DNA of 64,000 nt. Source: Eledone cirrhosa. Lineage: Eukaryota. The position numbers and the translations under genes were made by a program. The stretch covers positions 7,626,001 through 7,690,000 of the forward strand of contig OZ024746.1 in NCBI GenBank assembly GCA_964016885.1, read 5' to 3'. How positions within the stretch are numbered: position 1 is the first letter of the stretch; the number at the start of each line of letters is the position of its first letter. Below are positions 1 through 60,026 of the stretch, piece by piece. A model generated the notes under the pieces. The model searched no databases and was not told where the DNA came from. It saw nothing but the letters and a program-made list of their open reading frames with translations.

Positions 1-284
1 AAAGAGCAAAGTATATAGAGCAATACAAAGTAATGTTTTATCCAGTATATTTCAACACGATATTTCAGGGCTATTACCCTCTTTTCAAATATGAAGTAGA
101 AACAATTGTTTTATTTGTCAACCTTTGCCTTTTATATATTTCTACCACATTGTACCAGCTTTCTAAAATACTTATCAGTCATTTATTAGTTTTTGATATA
201 TGAATTGTTCAGAGGAACTAAAATTTATAAGGTATTATCAGATGTACTTGTGAGCTACATCTTAGTGTAAAGTTTGTATGAAGG

Positions 285-547
285 GAACTACAGATGGAAA
301 GGATATTGAGCTGGATCTTGAGATGGTGTGAAGGTGGAAGGTACAAAAACGTTTCGTTACCTTAGAGAAGGTAGACCAAACTCAGCAACAGTATCTAGAG
401 TGAGATGTTCATGGAAGAAGTTCTGGGAACTGAGTGATGTGTTAATGAGGAGGGGAGTGTTGCTTAAACTGAAAGGAAAGGTATATACTACATGTGTGAA
501 CAGTGCCATGATTTATGAACACAAGACATCGGTGATGAGTGGAGTAA

Positions 548-551
<4 letters not shown>
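285..551 (+). mobile_element. RTE-clade LINE fragment
   Basis: FRYL...RVRCSWKKFWELS...LKLKGKVYTTCVNSAMIY. Confidence 0.8.
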
Positions 552-591
<40 letters not shown>

Positions 592-2247
592 CAGATAATG
601 ATGGGAATAGGGATAATGATGGGTGTTGTGAAGAGAAATGGAATAAGACCGGTGGGTCATAGGATGAGGAATGATGAAGGTGCTGGGTTAGAAGAATGGT
701 GGGAGGGGCTGGGCTAGAGGAATGGTGGGAGGGGCTGGGTTAGAGGAATGGTGGAAATAAACAAGGAAGTAGATGGAGGGGAAGACTAAATAAAAACATG
801 GCTAAAGATGATTGAGGAGGAACTGAAAGACGGTGGGGGTGGGGGTAAGGAAAACCAGATGAGCTTGTCATGGGTCCAGCAAGAATGGCTTTAAAATACT
901 GGTTGGTTGTTGTATCAGATGTCACAGTAGATATAAAATCTTAATTTATGTAAACTGTATTTGAAAAATCACGAGGTTGCCATATTTAGCTGAGTTCATT
1001 ATTATGGAAGTTACAGGAAATATTATATGTTGGTCTTAAGGCAATTATTAACCTCATTTTTGTAAATGCCAAGAAGAGGAATGTCTTAAGTTTAATGTTG
1101 TAGAAGAAATAGCAGTATAATCTCCACAAATAATTCTGAATAATTAATTAAACTTGTTAACCCTTTGGAGATAAAACCTACTGATGTTTCTACACTGAAC
1201 CAGACACAGCCATTTTTATAAGAAGTGAAAGAAATATCTGAATGAAGAGATTGTTCTTTTCATTTTTTTTTTGTAGATTTATGGAAGGCTGAAGACAAAA
1301 TCTAACCCAAATCTTTGGATGAGAAACTTATGTCAGCCCAACAGCAAATGACCGTTCTATCAAACAGCAGCAGTGAGCAATTTAATAAACATACTTGACA
1401 ATAAGTTTGAAGAAAAATGTATGCATGTGTGTATATATATATATCATCATCACCATCATCTAATGTCTGGTTTCACTGCTAGCAAGGGCTGGAGGGGTTA
1501 TCACAGACAAAGTCAGTACTTAATTGGAGCTACTGTCTCCTCAGATGGGTCAGCATCTTGTTTACAAGTGTTCCCACACACTACAGAATGCACCAGTGTA
1601 TTATATTATGGTACCAGCACTTGGGAGATTGTCATGTATTTGATATAACTAAAGAGTCCTCTCAACACTTTATTTGGCAAGTTTTCTATGGCTGGATGCC
1701 CTTCTTATCACCAACCTCATGACAGTGTGTAATGGGTGTGTCTATTATTTTACCCACACAAGAGAAGTTGTCTTGCCCTAAATACAACTGAAGACTCTTT
1801 ACAACCCATTTGTTTTTACATGGTTTCTACAGCTGGATGCCCTTCATATCACCAACCTAATTACAGAGTGTACTGGGTGCATTTTCTGTGGCATTAGCAC
1901 TAAGGAGGTTGTCATTGGCTCACCTGAAGAGCCCTTTCTACCCTATTGGGAAAGAAATAGAACGGGCTGCAAGAAGAGAGACAAGACAGATGACAGGTGT
2001 GGCATATACCAAGTGGTGAGATTTGACAGGGGAATAAGAGAAAGGGAGGAGGTGACCTCCAACAGAGTTGGAGGGGCTGCTGTGATGATAACATCTACTT
2101 AGGAGTTATGACTTTGTGTCTCAGAATTTAAGAGGGGTGGAGGTAATGAGCTGGTGTTTGGATTTAAGAAGGGTGGATGGTAAGAATAGCTACTAAGGAG
2201 CAATAGTTTCGGGGACATTTACTTTGGAATCATTTTTTAATGATGGG

Positions 2248-2670
2248 AGAATGGCAGTATCGGTAGAGTGTCGGACAACATGCTTTGTGGCATAGAATTT
2301 TGGTCCTTTATGTTCTGAGTTCGAATCCTGTTGAGATTAGCTTTGTCTTTCATCCTTACAAGTTTAATAAAATAAAATAAATCCCAGTAGAAGGAAGATG
2401 CAGTAGAGGAAGACCACGAAAAACATGGGCGGAGGTGGTGAGAGCAGACCTAAGATCGCTGAAACTCATGGAGGAGATGACGAAGGACCGTGACAAGTGG
2501 AGATATGCTGTGCTGAATAGGACCCGTCCCACCCTTGCAAGCAGAGAAAAACGGACGTCAAATGATGATGATGATGATGATGAAAGTACCGGTAATGCAC
2601 TAGGGTCAATATAGTTGATTTTCCCCTCCCCCGAAATTGTTGACCTTGTGCCTAAATCAGAAGGCACTAT
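2248..2670 (+). mobile_element. tRNA-derived SINE interrupted by an RTE 3' end with (GAT)n tail (~2380-2583)
   Basis: SINE halves resume across the insert; insert is nearly the same as 17610-17800. Confidence 0.8.
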
Positions 2671-3221
2671 TTTGTAATGATAGTTTACATTAATGGGTAT
2701 CACAGCTTTCATTGTACATTTCCATAGGACTGAGATAATACCATGAGGACTTACAGCATGTGATATTAGAGAAGAGTCACCTAGCAAGATAAATGATGTG
2801 GTTTGACCCATTCATTGATATCACATGTTGATACCTATTGATATTTACTATATACAAGGGTCAGCTGAAAAGTTCATAGACTAATTATGAAGGATTGATG
2901 ATAAAGCTGTGAAATCTTACATGCATTAATTTCAACTCTTTACATCATGCACTGGGTGTTTTTATTGTGTAGATCAAACTAGAGAGGTTGTTGTGTCTTT
3001 GACACAACTAAAGGGTCCTCTCAACCCTTTTAGGCATGGTTTCTACAGAAGGGTGCCCTTCCTGACAACAACCACCCTTACAGAGTGTACCAGGTGCATT
3101 TTCATAACACCATCAGTAGAGAGGTTGTTGGTCATAGACCCACCTGTAGAGCCCTCTCAGTTCTGGGGAGAAGGGCAATAGAGGAGGGAGATAGGTATGA
3201 AGTTATAGGTATATGTGGTGA

Positions 3222-3261
<40 letters not shown>

Positions 3262-3267
3262 TATTAC

Positions 3268-50678
<47,411 letters not shown>

Positions 50679-51250
50679 CCTACAGCGCTTTTGTTATTTT
50701 CTCTAAAAAGAGAGTTACTCATCACAGCTCCACCACTACCAGAGATTTCTTGTTTGTGACTGGAAGCGCATCTTTTCTTCTAACTACGAAACTTCACACC
50801 AACCGGTTTCCTCCACCACTCGCGTCGTCACTCTCCTTCACTATAATTACCTTTCACAGTGTCCGCTTTAGTCTCGCGCATAAGGAATTACATTAACCTC
50901 ACTCTATTATATATATATATGTGTGTGTGTGTACGTGCGTGCGTTTGCGTATATATGTATGCGCGCGTGTGTATACATGTGTGTTTGTGTATATAGAATC
51001 CACTTTTTAGAAGCAATGTTTGCCTTATTGTTATTAGAATGTTCAAGTAAATACTTACACGACCAATAGTACGAATGTATTATTCATAATCACTACGGAA
51101 ACCAAAACAAAACCCCGCACATGAATCAGGAAGTAATGGTAGGCGTATGGTGATGCTGGAGGCTGGTTGTCGTAGGGAGTGGGGGCGGAATTGTATGATG
51201 ATGATGCGAGGGGAGATCCTAGTTCGTTAAGTTAGTAGGTACGGCTGGCA
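50679..51250 (-). promoter_or_regulatory. IPPK 5' UTR/promoter region with a probable 148-nt 5'-UTR intron (50703-50850)
   Basis: Locally CpG-rich and transposon-poor; minus-strand donor AAG|gtaatt at 50850 and acceptor ctctttttag at 50703; CCAAT (~51063), ETS-like CAGGAAGT (~51127), GC box GGGGCGG (~51182). Confidence 0.5.
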
Positions 51251-53657
51251 CTGTTTGTGTATGTGCGTATGACATACATACACGAACACATTTCATCAAG
51301 ATCCTGATGATTTCAAACGAATTAAACATTTTTTTAAAAGAAATTTTACAGATACATTTGTATATAAATACAAACATAAACGCATATAATAAATACAATT
51401 AACCATTGATCGGAACCTCACAAAAACAACACACCAAAGTATACGACTAGAGCGAGAGGGAAAAAGGGGAGGGTGCAAAAACAAAGACGACCCGCAATTC
51501 ACCACCAAGTGCGACAACCGGCTGCATATCATAAGGGTCAACAGTTGGAATGTATTTGTACCGTCTCTACTAAATGTATTTGTACCGTCTCTACTAACTG
51601 TATTTAATGTTTTATTTAACTGCATTTTTATTTCTGTTCCTGCTACTATTGTAGTGCACCTGAGCACGGTACACAATAATTTTCATTATCATTTTTTTAA
51701 AGCTGTTTATACAAAACATAGCAAGCGTTACACTGACATCAGCATTGTACTGTGTTGTTTTCCTGTTATTTTCTTCCTTGACGTTTCAAACACGCGTACG
51801 CACACCCAGGACAACTTAGCTTCCTCAATTACCTAACCACCCCGATATACTGCATACTATACACTCTCCTTGACTCCGGGCCACTCATCTCACACTGCCA
51901 CCACCAGATTTCCTTCAACCTGGTTACAATATCAGCTTTATTGCTCCCCGATGGCACAAGGACCACATTCAACTTTATGATGGGAGTTTTGCAGTTTTAG
52001 TTTTACTCTCCAAGGTATGACACTCGTTCAAGGCGTCATACTGCGGGATTGAACCCAGAATGACATGCTTGCAAACTATGTCTGACCCATACAATGTGGC
52101 ACTAAAAGTAAACATGATGAAAGACCAAAGACAATGAGGGTTTGAGAGGATTCTTCAGTCTGGCCTAGTATATAACAACTTCTCTAGTCCTGGTGTCACA
52201 ATGAATGTACCTAGTACACCCTGTAAAGCATTAGTGTTGGTGTCATAATAAAATACAACCAGTCCATGCTGTAAAGTGGTTGTGCTGGTGTCACTAAAAA
52301 CACCTCCTGTGTGAGGTGGATGGTATTAGGAAGGGCATCAAGTCATAGAAACCATGCTAAATATGGAACATAACAACATCAGCAGCAGCAAAAACATTAG
52401 ATAAATTAAACAACCACAAAGTTAAGGGGGGTGGGGGGGTGATATGACTTTAACCACATAATTACTTTTGGGTCCCAAATAATAAGTTGGGTTGGAATAA
52501 TCAGGGGGTGATGGAAAATGGAAAATTGGTAATTTTTCTAGGTTGTTTCCCTTGATTTTTTTTAAAAACCAGAATTAGTTGTTTAGTTTACTGTATTTCC
52601 TGGCGCTGAAGATGCTTCGTCCTCGAGGACACACCTTAATTTTGACAACCAAAAATTTGAAAAATTAATAAGTGTGTGTGTGGGGGGGTATTCGAGACCC
52701 AAGAGTAAATTAAAATACTCCAATCACCACAACAACAGCACAGATGGAAGTGACCCACTTAAAGGATTTGGGATTGTTTGTGGTCTTTGTGTGTGTATGA
52801 GATTTGGAAGGACATTGCTACTTGAACTGAGGTCAAACTGAAGGACTCAAAAGGGCCATTACATTCTAAGGGAGAGGCATAGCAGGCCCAAGTGAGGTGA
52901 AAGAGAGAGAGAATTATCACCAGTTATAATGCTCTGGAGATTTTCCTTGATGATATCCAGCCATCTGATGCGGGGCTTGCCGCAGGGCCTCTTCCAGCCT
53001 GTAGCTGCTGCGTCGATGAGAGTAAGGCCCTGATAGGATGATCTGGCAGCAGGTGGAGGACATATCTGTACCAGTATGAGGTTCAATGTCACCTTGGAGG
53101 ATGCAAAGGGGCTGGTACGGGACCACCAGAGATGGAGGGCACTGGTGAACCTGGTTAGCTCTACACATGATGATACCTCTGGGATCACTGACCTAAGATG
53201 ACCCCCAATCTCATCACTGGTGGACCTGGTCAGCTCTACACATGATGATACCTCTGGGATCACTGACCTTCATCAAGCAAGAGGAAGAAGTTTTAATACT
53301 AATCTACAACACATGGGTTGCTATTTATTTCTCATCAAAATACATGTGATAGTAAATGGGATATGTGAATTATTACAAAATATAGGGAGATAAATTTAGT
53401 TTCAAATTATCCTTTATTCCATTTTCACTTTTGGTAAATTCTGTTTTTTTCATTTTATTGTATTTAGTGAGTAAATTGTAATAAATTGTATTTTGAATAT
53501 TAAAACCAGGAAAACATAATTGTTCTGCCGCATGCCATAGAAAAGTGGTTTGCTGGCTGCATGCACCCTGCTTTTGAGACCCCTGTACTAGAGGGTTCAT
53601 CTTCATCATGGTAAATGGTGGTAAACGAGGGGTGTAGTGGGTAGGAGTGTATATAGA

Positions 53658-54230
53658 GTGGTAAAGGAGGGGTAAAGTGGATAGGTATGTAGTCCTGCTT
53701 GAGGGTGGTAAAGGAGGGGTAAAGTGGATAGGTATGTAGTCCTGCTTGAGGGTGGTAAAGGAGGGGTAAAGTGGATAGGTATGTAGTCCTGCTTGAGGGT
53801 GGTAAAGGAGGGGTAAAGTGGATAGGTATGTAGTCCTGCTTGAGGGTGGTAAAGGAGGGGTGAAGTGGATAGGTATGTAGTCCTGCTTGAGGGTGGTAAA
53901 GGAGGGGTAAAGTGGATAGGTATGTAGTCCTGCTTGAGGGTGGTAAAGGAGGGGTGAAGTGGGTAGGTATATAGTCCTGCTTGAGGGTGGTAAAGGAGGG
54001 GTGAAGTGGGTAGGTATGTAGTCCTGCTTGAGGGTGGTAAAGGAGGGGTGAAGTGGGTAGGTATGTAGTCCTGCTTGAGGGTGGTAAAGGAGGGGTGAAG
54101 TGGGTAGGTATGTAGTCCTGCTTGAGGGTGGTAAAGGAGGGGTGAAGTGGGTAGGTATGTAGTCCTGCTTGAGGGTGGTAAAGGAGGGGTGAAGTGGGTA
54201 GGTATGTAGTCCTGCTTGAGGGTGGTAAAG
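53658..54230. repeat. 47-bp G-rich minisatellite, ~12 copies
   Basis: ggtggtaaaggaggggtraagtggrtaggtatgtagtcctgcttgag. Confidence 0.95.
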
Positions 54231-54425
54231 TGTCCAATTCTGTTGGTATGTGTGCAGGTGCAGTGCATCATATGAATCTAGCTCTCTGTTCTGGGTGTGT
54301 GTCTGTTTGTACATGTGTTGATGTAACTGTGTGTATAGGTATTGGCATGTGCTTTGTGTGTTTATGTTAATGTATGTATGTTTGTGTATGCCCACGTGTC
54401 TGTCTCTGGGTGTATACATATATAT

Positions 54426-54997
54426 TGTCAGCCGCTCTCCAGCTATCTATTTGAAGCTGTATATAACTATGGTGCAGCCACACTTAGAATTTTCATCACC
54501 AATCAGGAACCCCTATCTTGCTCAGAACATTGACCGCCTGGAAACTTCAGAGACGTGCATGGATACATTGAAGCTCCGACATCTGGCAACTGACTTGGTA
54601 ATCACCCACAAAATGATTAACCATCTTGCTAACAACAACTCTGAGCACCTTTTTGATCTCCATGTGTCTAACACACGTGGGCATGCCCACAAAGTCAGAA
54701 AACAGCATAGCTCCCATGACTTTCAGAAACATTTTTTCACACTCAGAGTTGCTGAAGCATGGAACAAACTCCGGCATCAGTTGTTAGCTGCCAAGACACT
54801 GCATCCTTTAAAACCTTCATGTTTCCTGAGATTCGCCAACACTACACCTGACATCCCCCCTCCATACACACGTACACATGTATATCATGACTCATGCACT
54901 ATTCGCTTCCCTGACATTTGTATATTGTTCTATGTACTGTGCATGCATCTTTGATGAGCTGTAGTGCACCTGAGCACTGTACACAATAATTTCATTA
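54426..54997 (+). mobile_element. CR1/L2-like LINE 3' fragment
   Basis: LKLYITMVQPHLEF...NTRGHAHK...FFTLRVAEAWNKL; tail gtagtgcacctgagcactgtacacaataatttcattat also at ~51650-51690. Confidence 0.85.
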
Positions 54998-55009
54998 TAT
55001 ATATATATA

Positions 55010-56130
55010 GTGACGAAACATAAGTCAATTGCATGAACTCATAATCCTTTATTTACTGCTATATATATTTCGATGATAGCCATTGAATGGCTATGACCTC
55101 ATCAGGCAGTTAGTCAGTTCTTAGATATGCCAGCTCTGTGCGTATAGTGTTGATGGTATCAGAACCTTGGGACATATGAGCTTGTTAGGAATAATTTAAT
55201 GTTGTCAGCAGGAATAGTCTTGATTCTCATTGGTCAGTTTGTAGATGGTAGTAGGTTGGTATTTGACCTCAAAGAGGCAGGTGGTTCTGTAAGGTTCAAA
55301 CCATCAGGCAAGATGACAATAGTTCCACATGACTGATTTTCACAAAAAACGCATTCTTGGTCAGATATATTTTCAAATAAGGTTAATAGTATGAAATAGA
55401 TACTACAGGTCATTCTTAAATTGAGGAATTTATGTGGAGTGGTGCTACTGAAAATTATGGCTGGAGTAGAAAGTTTACAAATAGAAAGGCTTATGTAGGT
55501 TGGCTTGCCCTACACTCACACCCACCTCCACAGACACACACACAAAAAGTGGGTAGGAAAGTTTCACCGTGTGCCTGTTGAATATTTTATGGTACTTATG
55601 GGCCCTAGGGAACATATATCCAGTACTCTAAAGAATGTTCTAGCCAGGCTGGTACGTAGACCCACCGAGTATGGAGGGTTATACCATGTGACCTTCCTGG
55701 TCCTATTCTTGTGGGGTTGTTGGGTGTCCACCGTGGGCCATCGCGTGGTTGTGCACAGCTCAGGTCGAGCTCGGTTGGTGTCACTTGGGTGTGCGGAGCG
55801 GTCACTATCATGAGGGTTATATAGGCCCACCGTGGGGCTATAAACCTGCGAGGTGCGGCGTCCCTGCTCAATTAGGATTCGGCGGGTGTTGGGCCGGTGC
55901 AGGGGTGCCTATGCTTCGCAGCACAGTGGGTATTAGACCGGTAGCGTATGCGGGACCTTCTACCGGGGGTGGTGACGGATAGGGGTCTGGGAGTGTTACT
56001 ACTGGTCACCGAGGTATTAGGTGGGCGACTCATGCCCCTGAGGGTATTGGTCCGGGGTACCCTTGGGTCATCTCGATCATGTCCCTTAGGGTTATAGCTG
56101 ATCCTATCGCTGTGGGACGCCTTAGCTAGA
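55010..56130 (-). mobile_element. Penelope-like element remnant with 3' hammerhead
   Basis: RTRKVTWYNPPYSVGLRTSLARTFFRVLD matches the PLE R.IIWFNPPYS...TN.G..F..L.D linker motif; decayed C-terminus near 55200-55290; boundaries approximate. Confidence 0.75.
55055..55110 (-). ncRNA. Type I hammerhead ribozyme motif (Penelope-associated)
   Basis: ACTGC-CTGATGA-[GGTCATAGCCATTCAATGGCTATCATC hairpin]-GAAA-TATATA-TA-GCAGT; 5-bp stem I and palindromic stem III. Confidence 0.8.
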
Positions 56131-56329
56131 GCTGAGTGTGTGTGTGTGTGATATGAAAAGGGAGTAAGGTTCTATACAAAACATAGGTTATATAGAAAAA
56201 GTAGAATTGGAAACAGCACAGAAAATATATATTGTTCAAAGTTAACCTTGGCGGGATTTGAACTCAGACTATAAAGGGCCGTAACTCTTTGCTGCAAAGC
56301 ATGGCGTCAGGCCCTCCACCGATCAAAGA

Positions 56330-56830
56330 TTGTGTTGGTATGTGTGTGTGTGTGATTGTGCTGGTATCTCTGTGTATGTGTGTGTGTGTGTGATTGTGCT
56401 GGTATGTGTGTGTGTTGGTATATGTGTGTGTGTGTGATTGTGCTGGTATCTGCGTGTGTGTGTGTGTGTGTTGGTATATGTGTGTGTGTTTGTGTGTGTG
56501 TGTGATTGTGCTGGTATCTGTGTGTGTGTGTGTGATTGTGCTGGTATATGTGTGTGTTGGTATATGTGTGTGTGTGTGTGTGATTGTACTGGTATCTCTG
56601 TGTGTGATTGTGTTGGTATCTGTGTGTGTGTGTGTGTTGGTATCTGTGTGTGCTGGTATCTGTGTGTGTGTGATTATGTTGGTATCTGTGTGTGCGTTGG
56701 TATATATGTGTGTGTGTGATTGTGCTGGTATCTCTGTGTGTGATTGTGCTGGTATCTCTGTGTGTGATTGTGTTGGTATCTGTGTGTGTGTGATTGTGCT
56801 GGTATCTGTGTATGTGTGTGTGTGTTGGTA
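56330..56830. repeat. Complex (TG)n-attgtgctggtatc repeat
   Basis: Direct inspection. Confidence 0.9.
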
Positions 56831-56839
56831 TTCATTTCA

Positions 56840-57341
56840 TTTCATTTCATTTTACATCCGCTTTTCCCTGCTTGCAAGGGTGGGACGGGAACTGATTCTG
56901 GCTTGATTTCTACAGCTGGATCATCATCATCATCATCGTTTAACGTCCGTGTTCCACGCTTGCATGGGTTTGGACGGGGGTTTTCCCACTTGAGGCAAGA
57001 GTGATTGTCTTGCTCGCATAGGACTGTCTGGCAGGTTTTCTACAGTTGGATGCCCTTCCTAACACCAACCACATTTACAGTGTGGGTCTGGGAGGTTTTT
57101 ACCGTGTCCTTCCTAACACCAACCTCATTTACAGTGAGTGCCGGGTGCTTTTTTTCCGTGGCACCTCCACGACCACTTTGCAGTGGAATGATAGGGAACC
57201 CAGTCCCTATCATCTCATTTCTACAGCTGAGTAAACTGGAGCAATGTGAAATAAAGTGTCTTGCTCAAGGAAACAACACATCACCCGGTCTGAGAATTGA
57301 ACTCACAACCTTTCGATTGCAAGCCCAATGCTCTAACCACT

Positions 57342-57345
<4 letters not shown>
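56840..57345 (-). mobile_element. tRNA-derived SINE family B with RTE-type 3' tail(s)
   Basis: Head cttagtggttagagcattgggcttgcaatcgaaaggttgtgagttcaatt; tail ...cggacgttaaacgatgatg; related copies at ~7190-7350, 11480-11800, 33290-33500, 38975-39110. Confidence 0.8.
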
Positions 57346-57377
<32 letters not shown>

Positions 57378-57551
57378 GTATCTGTGTCCATGTTTATGAC
57401 CTGTAGTTCAGTAGCTCAACAAAAACAGAGTTCACCAAAATAAGTAGCAGACTTGAAGTAAATAATACTTTCTGGGTTCTACATGGTCAACTAAATCCAA
57501 GTCTGACCTCAATCTAATGACTTAAACCATGTATATATACTGAAACCAGTA

Positions 57552-57853
57552 TACAAGTGTCAGCTGAAAGGTTCATAGGCTGGCCAAAATACTGACCACT
57601 TCTGCCCTCTGATCCCAGCCTTCAGTACCAACAACAAGTTGTCTCAACTCCTACCTTATCACACATACTCTTAAATACATTACACATATGAGAGTCAAAT
57701 GAAAAGTTAATAGAATGACCAAGATACTCTCATGGAATGACCAAATGAGGTTTATTTTTCAACATAAACCCTGGAAATAAATATTAGCTATTAATAAGAA
57801 GAGTTGAAATTAATGCATGCATGATTTCATAGTTCTAATATCATTTCAGCCTA

Positions 57854-57859
<6 letters not shown>
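57552..57859. mobile_element. Mariner-derived MITE relic
   Basis: TIR-like tacaagtgtcagctgaaa...tttcagcctaccctcgt; related ends at ~2852 and ~47783. Confidence 0.55.
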
Positions 57860-57884
<25 letters not shown>

Positions 57885-58077
57885 CCACTCTCAAGCGTGA
57901 AACTAAAAACAATATCATTTGTACTGCCTCTCTGTTTTTTTTTTCTCTGTGCATTTTTAAACTATATATATATATATATATTTTTCCATTTCTCTGAGGG
58001 TTCTTAACCCCACTATCAGGCTAAATGATTTCTTTAATTTCTTTAGTCAAAATACGGCGACAGCTTACATTTCTAAT

Positions 58078-58111
<34 letters not shown>

Positions 58112-58300
58112 GGAGCTGAGTTTATTGTAGCACAATAAATATGTTGATTTAAAACTTCACTATTCACAAGTGTTTTTTAAGCTTCATATCATGTATCCCT
58201 ATTTATCTGATGAAAACGCAGATATCATCCCATGATGATATTTGTTTTTTGAAATGCGCATAATAAAATACTTGGAACTCTTTTAACCATCTTTTGATCT

Positions 58301-58352
<52 letters not shown>

Positions 58353-58359
<7 letters not shown>

Positions 58360-58595
58360 TTCAAAATATTAACAAAATAGATATTCTTGTGATCAAGTAT
58401 ATTTTATTATACATATTTCAGAGGTATTGAGTTAACTTCAACAGTACGTCCTCATCAGATAAAATAAGATGATGCATGACATACCCTGACATAGTAGATG
58501 GTTCTGTTGAAGTTAACTCAGTACCTCTGAAATATGTATAATAAAATAAACTTGATCACAAGAATATCTATTTTGTTAATATTTTGAATTAATAT
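58353..58595. repeat. Inverted repeat, 92-bp arms, 59-bp spacer
   Basis: 58353-58444 vs 58504-58595, two mismatches seen. Confidence 0.9.
58402..58464 (-). ncRNA. Hammerhead-like motif (variant or degenerate) within a short inverted repeat
   Basis: TTTTAT-CTGATGA-GG...CTCT-GAAA-TATG-TA-TA-ATAAAA; a similar motif lies on + at ~58202-58268. Confidence 0.45.
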
Positions 58596-58684
58596 TAATA
58601 ACTCTGGAAAACCATTCTGTTGAGTGCTTCCAATCTATTGTAAAACTCATTCTTTGATTTATTCATTGAACCTTGTTTAACCTT

Positions 58685-58687
<3 letters not shown>

Positions 58688-58732
<45 letters not shown>

Positions 58733-58741
58733 CATATACAC

Positions 58742-58790
<49 letters not shown>

Positions 58791-58831
58791 CACACATATA
58801 TATATATATACACACATATATATATATACAC

Positions 58832-58874
<43 letters not shown>

Positions 58875-58985
58875 TATATATATACACATATATATATATA
58901 TACACATATATATATATATACACATATATATATATATACACATATATATATATATACACATATATATATATATACATATATATAT

Positions 58986-59029
<44 letters not shown>
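58688..59029. repeat. (TA)n/(CA) microsatellite abutting the palindrome
   Basis: Direct inspection. Confidence 0.95.
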
Positions 59030-59037
<8 letters not shown>

Positions 59038-59197
59038 ATACTTTGGGAGGGTCATGTTGCCAATAAGAAACACACGCACCAGTTGCTTTCACTTCAATTT
59101 AATTTATTAAATATTTATAAATTTACAAATTTATAAATTTCTGGTTGGTTGGTTGGTTCCATTGGTTCCACAACCAGATAGTTGTTTATATATATAT

Positions 59198-59242
59198 AGT
59201 CATAGTTCTTTCGTCACACACTCTGTGACCTCTTCAGTGACT
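59198..59242 (-). ncRNA. Minimal type I hammerhead ribozyme motif (left arm, mirror copy)
   Basis: Reverse complement of 59982-60026. Confidence 0.7.
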
Positions 59243-59981
59243 GGGGATTTCGTTCTTCGTTTCTGTGTCTTTCCTTTCTTCTATCCTACGCCATTTTGTT
59301 TGTGTGTGGGTTGCGTGCTCAGTTTGCGCATGCGCCACATCCGGGTGTCTGTGTGTGTTTGTGTTCATTTTTCTATTTTTCTATTTATATATATATTTTT
59401 CTATTTGTTTGTTTATTTATTTATTTATTGTTGGTTGGTTGTTTGTTCTATGTGTGTGTGTGTTTTCATTTTGTCTTGTGTGTGTTTTCATTTTGTGTGT
59501 GTTTTCAATTGTAAGTTGTTTGTTCTATGTGTGTGTGTGTTTTCATTTTGTCCTTAATTGTAAGTTGTGATGTTGCTGTTCCACTCATATTTTTTTTTAA
59601 TTCCACTCATATTTTTTTTAAATTAAATAGAAAATATGAGTGGAACAGCAACATCACAACTTACAATTAAGGACAAAATGAAAACACACACACACATAGA
59701 ACAAACAACTTACAATTGAAAACACACACAAAATGAAAACACACACAAGACAAAATGAAAACACACACACACATAGAACAAACAACCAACCAACAATAAA
59801 TAAATAAATAAACAAACAAATAGAAAAATATATATATAAATAGAAAAATAGAAAAATGAACACAAACACACACAGACACCCGGATGTGGCGCATGCGCAA
59901 ACTGAGCACGCAACCCACACACAAACAAAATGGCGTAGGATAGAAGAAAGGAAAGACACAGAAACGAAGAACGAAATCCCC

Positions 59982-60026
59982 AGTCACTGAAGAGGTCACA
60001 GAGTGTGTGACGAAAGAACTATGACT
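59982..60026 (+). ncRNA. Minimal type I hammerhead ribozyme motif (right arm of palindrome)
   Basis: AGTCA-CTGAAGA-G-[GTCACA gagtg TGTGAC]-GAAA-GAAC-TA-TGACT. Confidence 0.7.

Noticed and set aside
45-95. Hammerhead-like relic on minus (TTGAAAA-G-AGGG...CCCT-GAAA)
   Set aside because: Core CUGANGA is mutated; too degenerate to call
53373-54419. 348-aa proline-rich ORF
   Set aside because: Open in several frames because of a 47-bp tandem repeat
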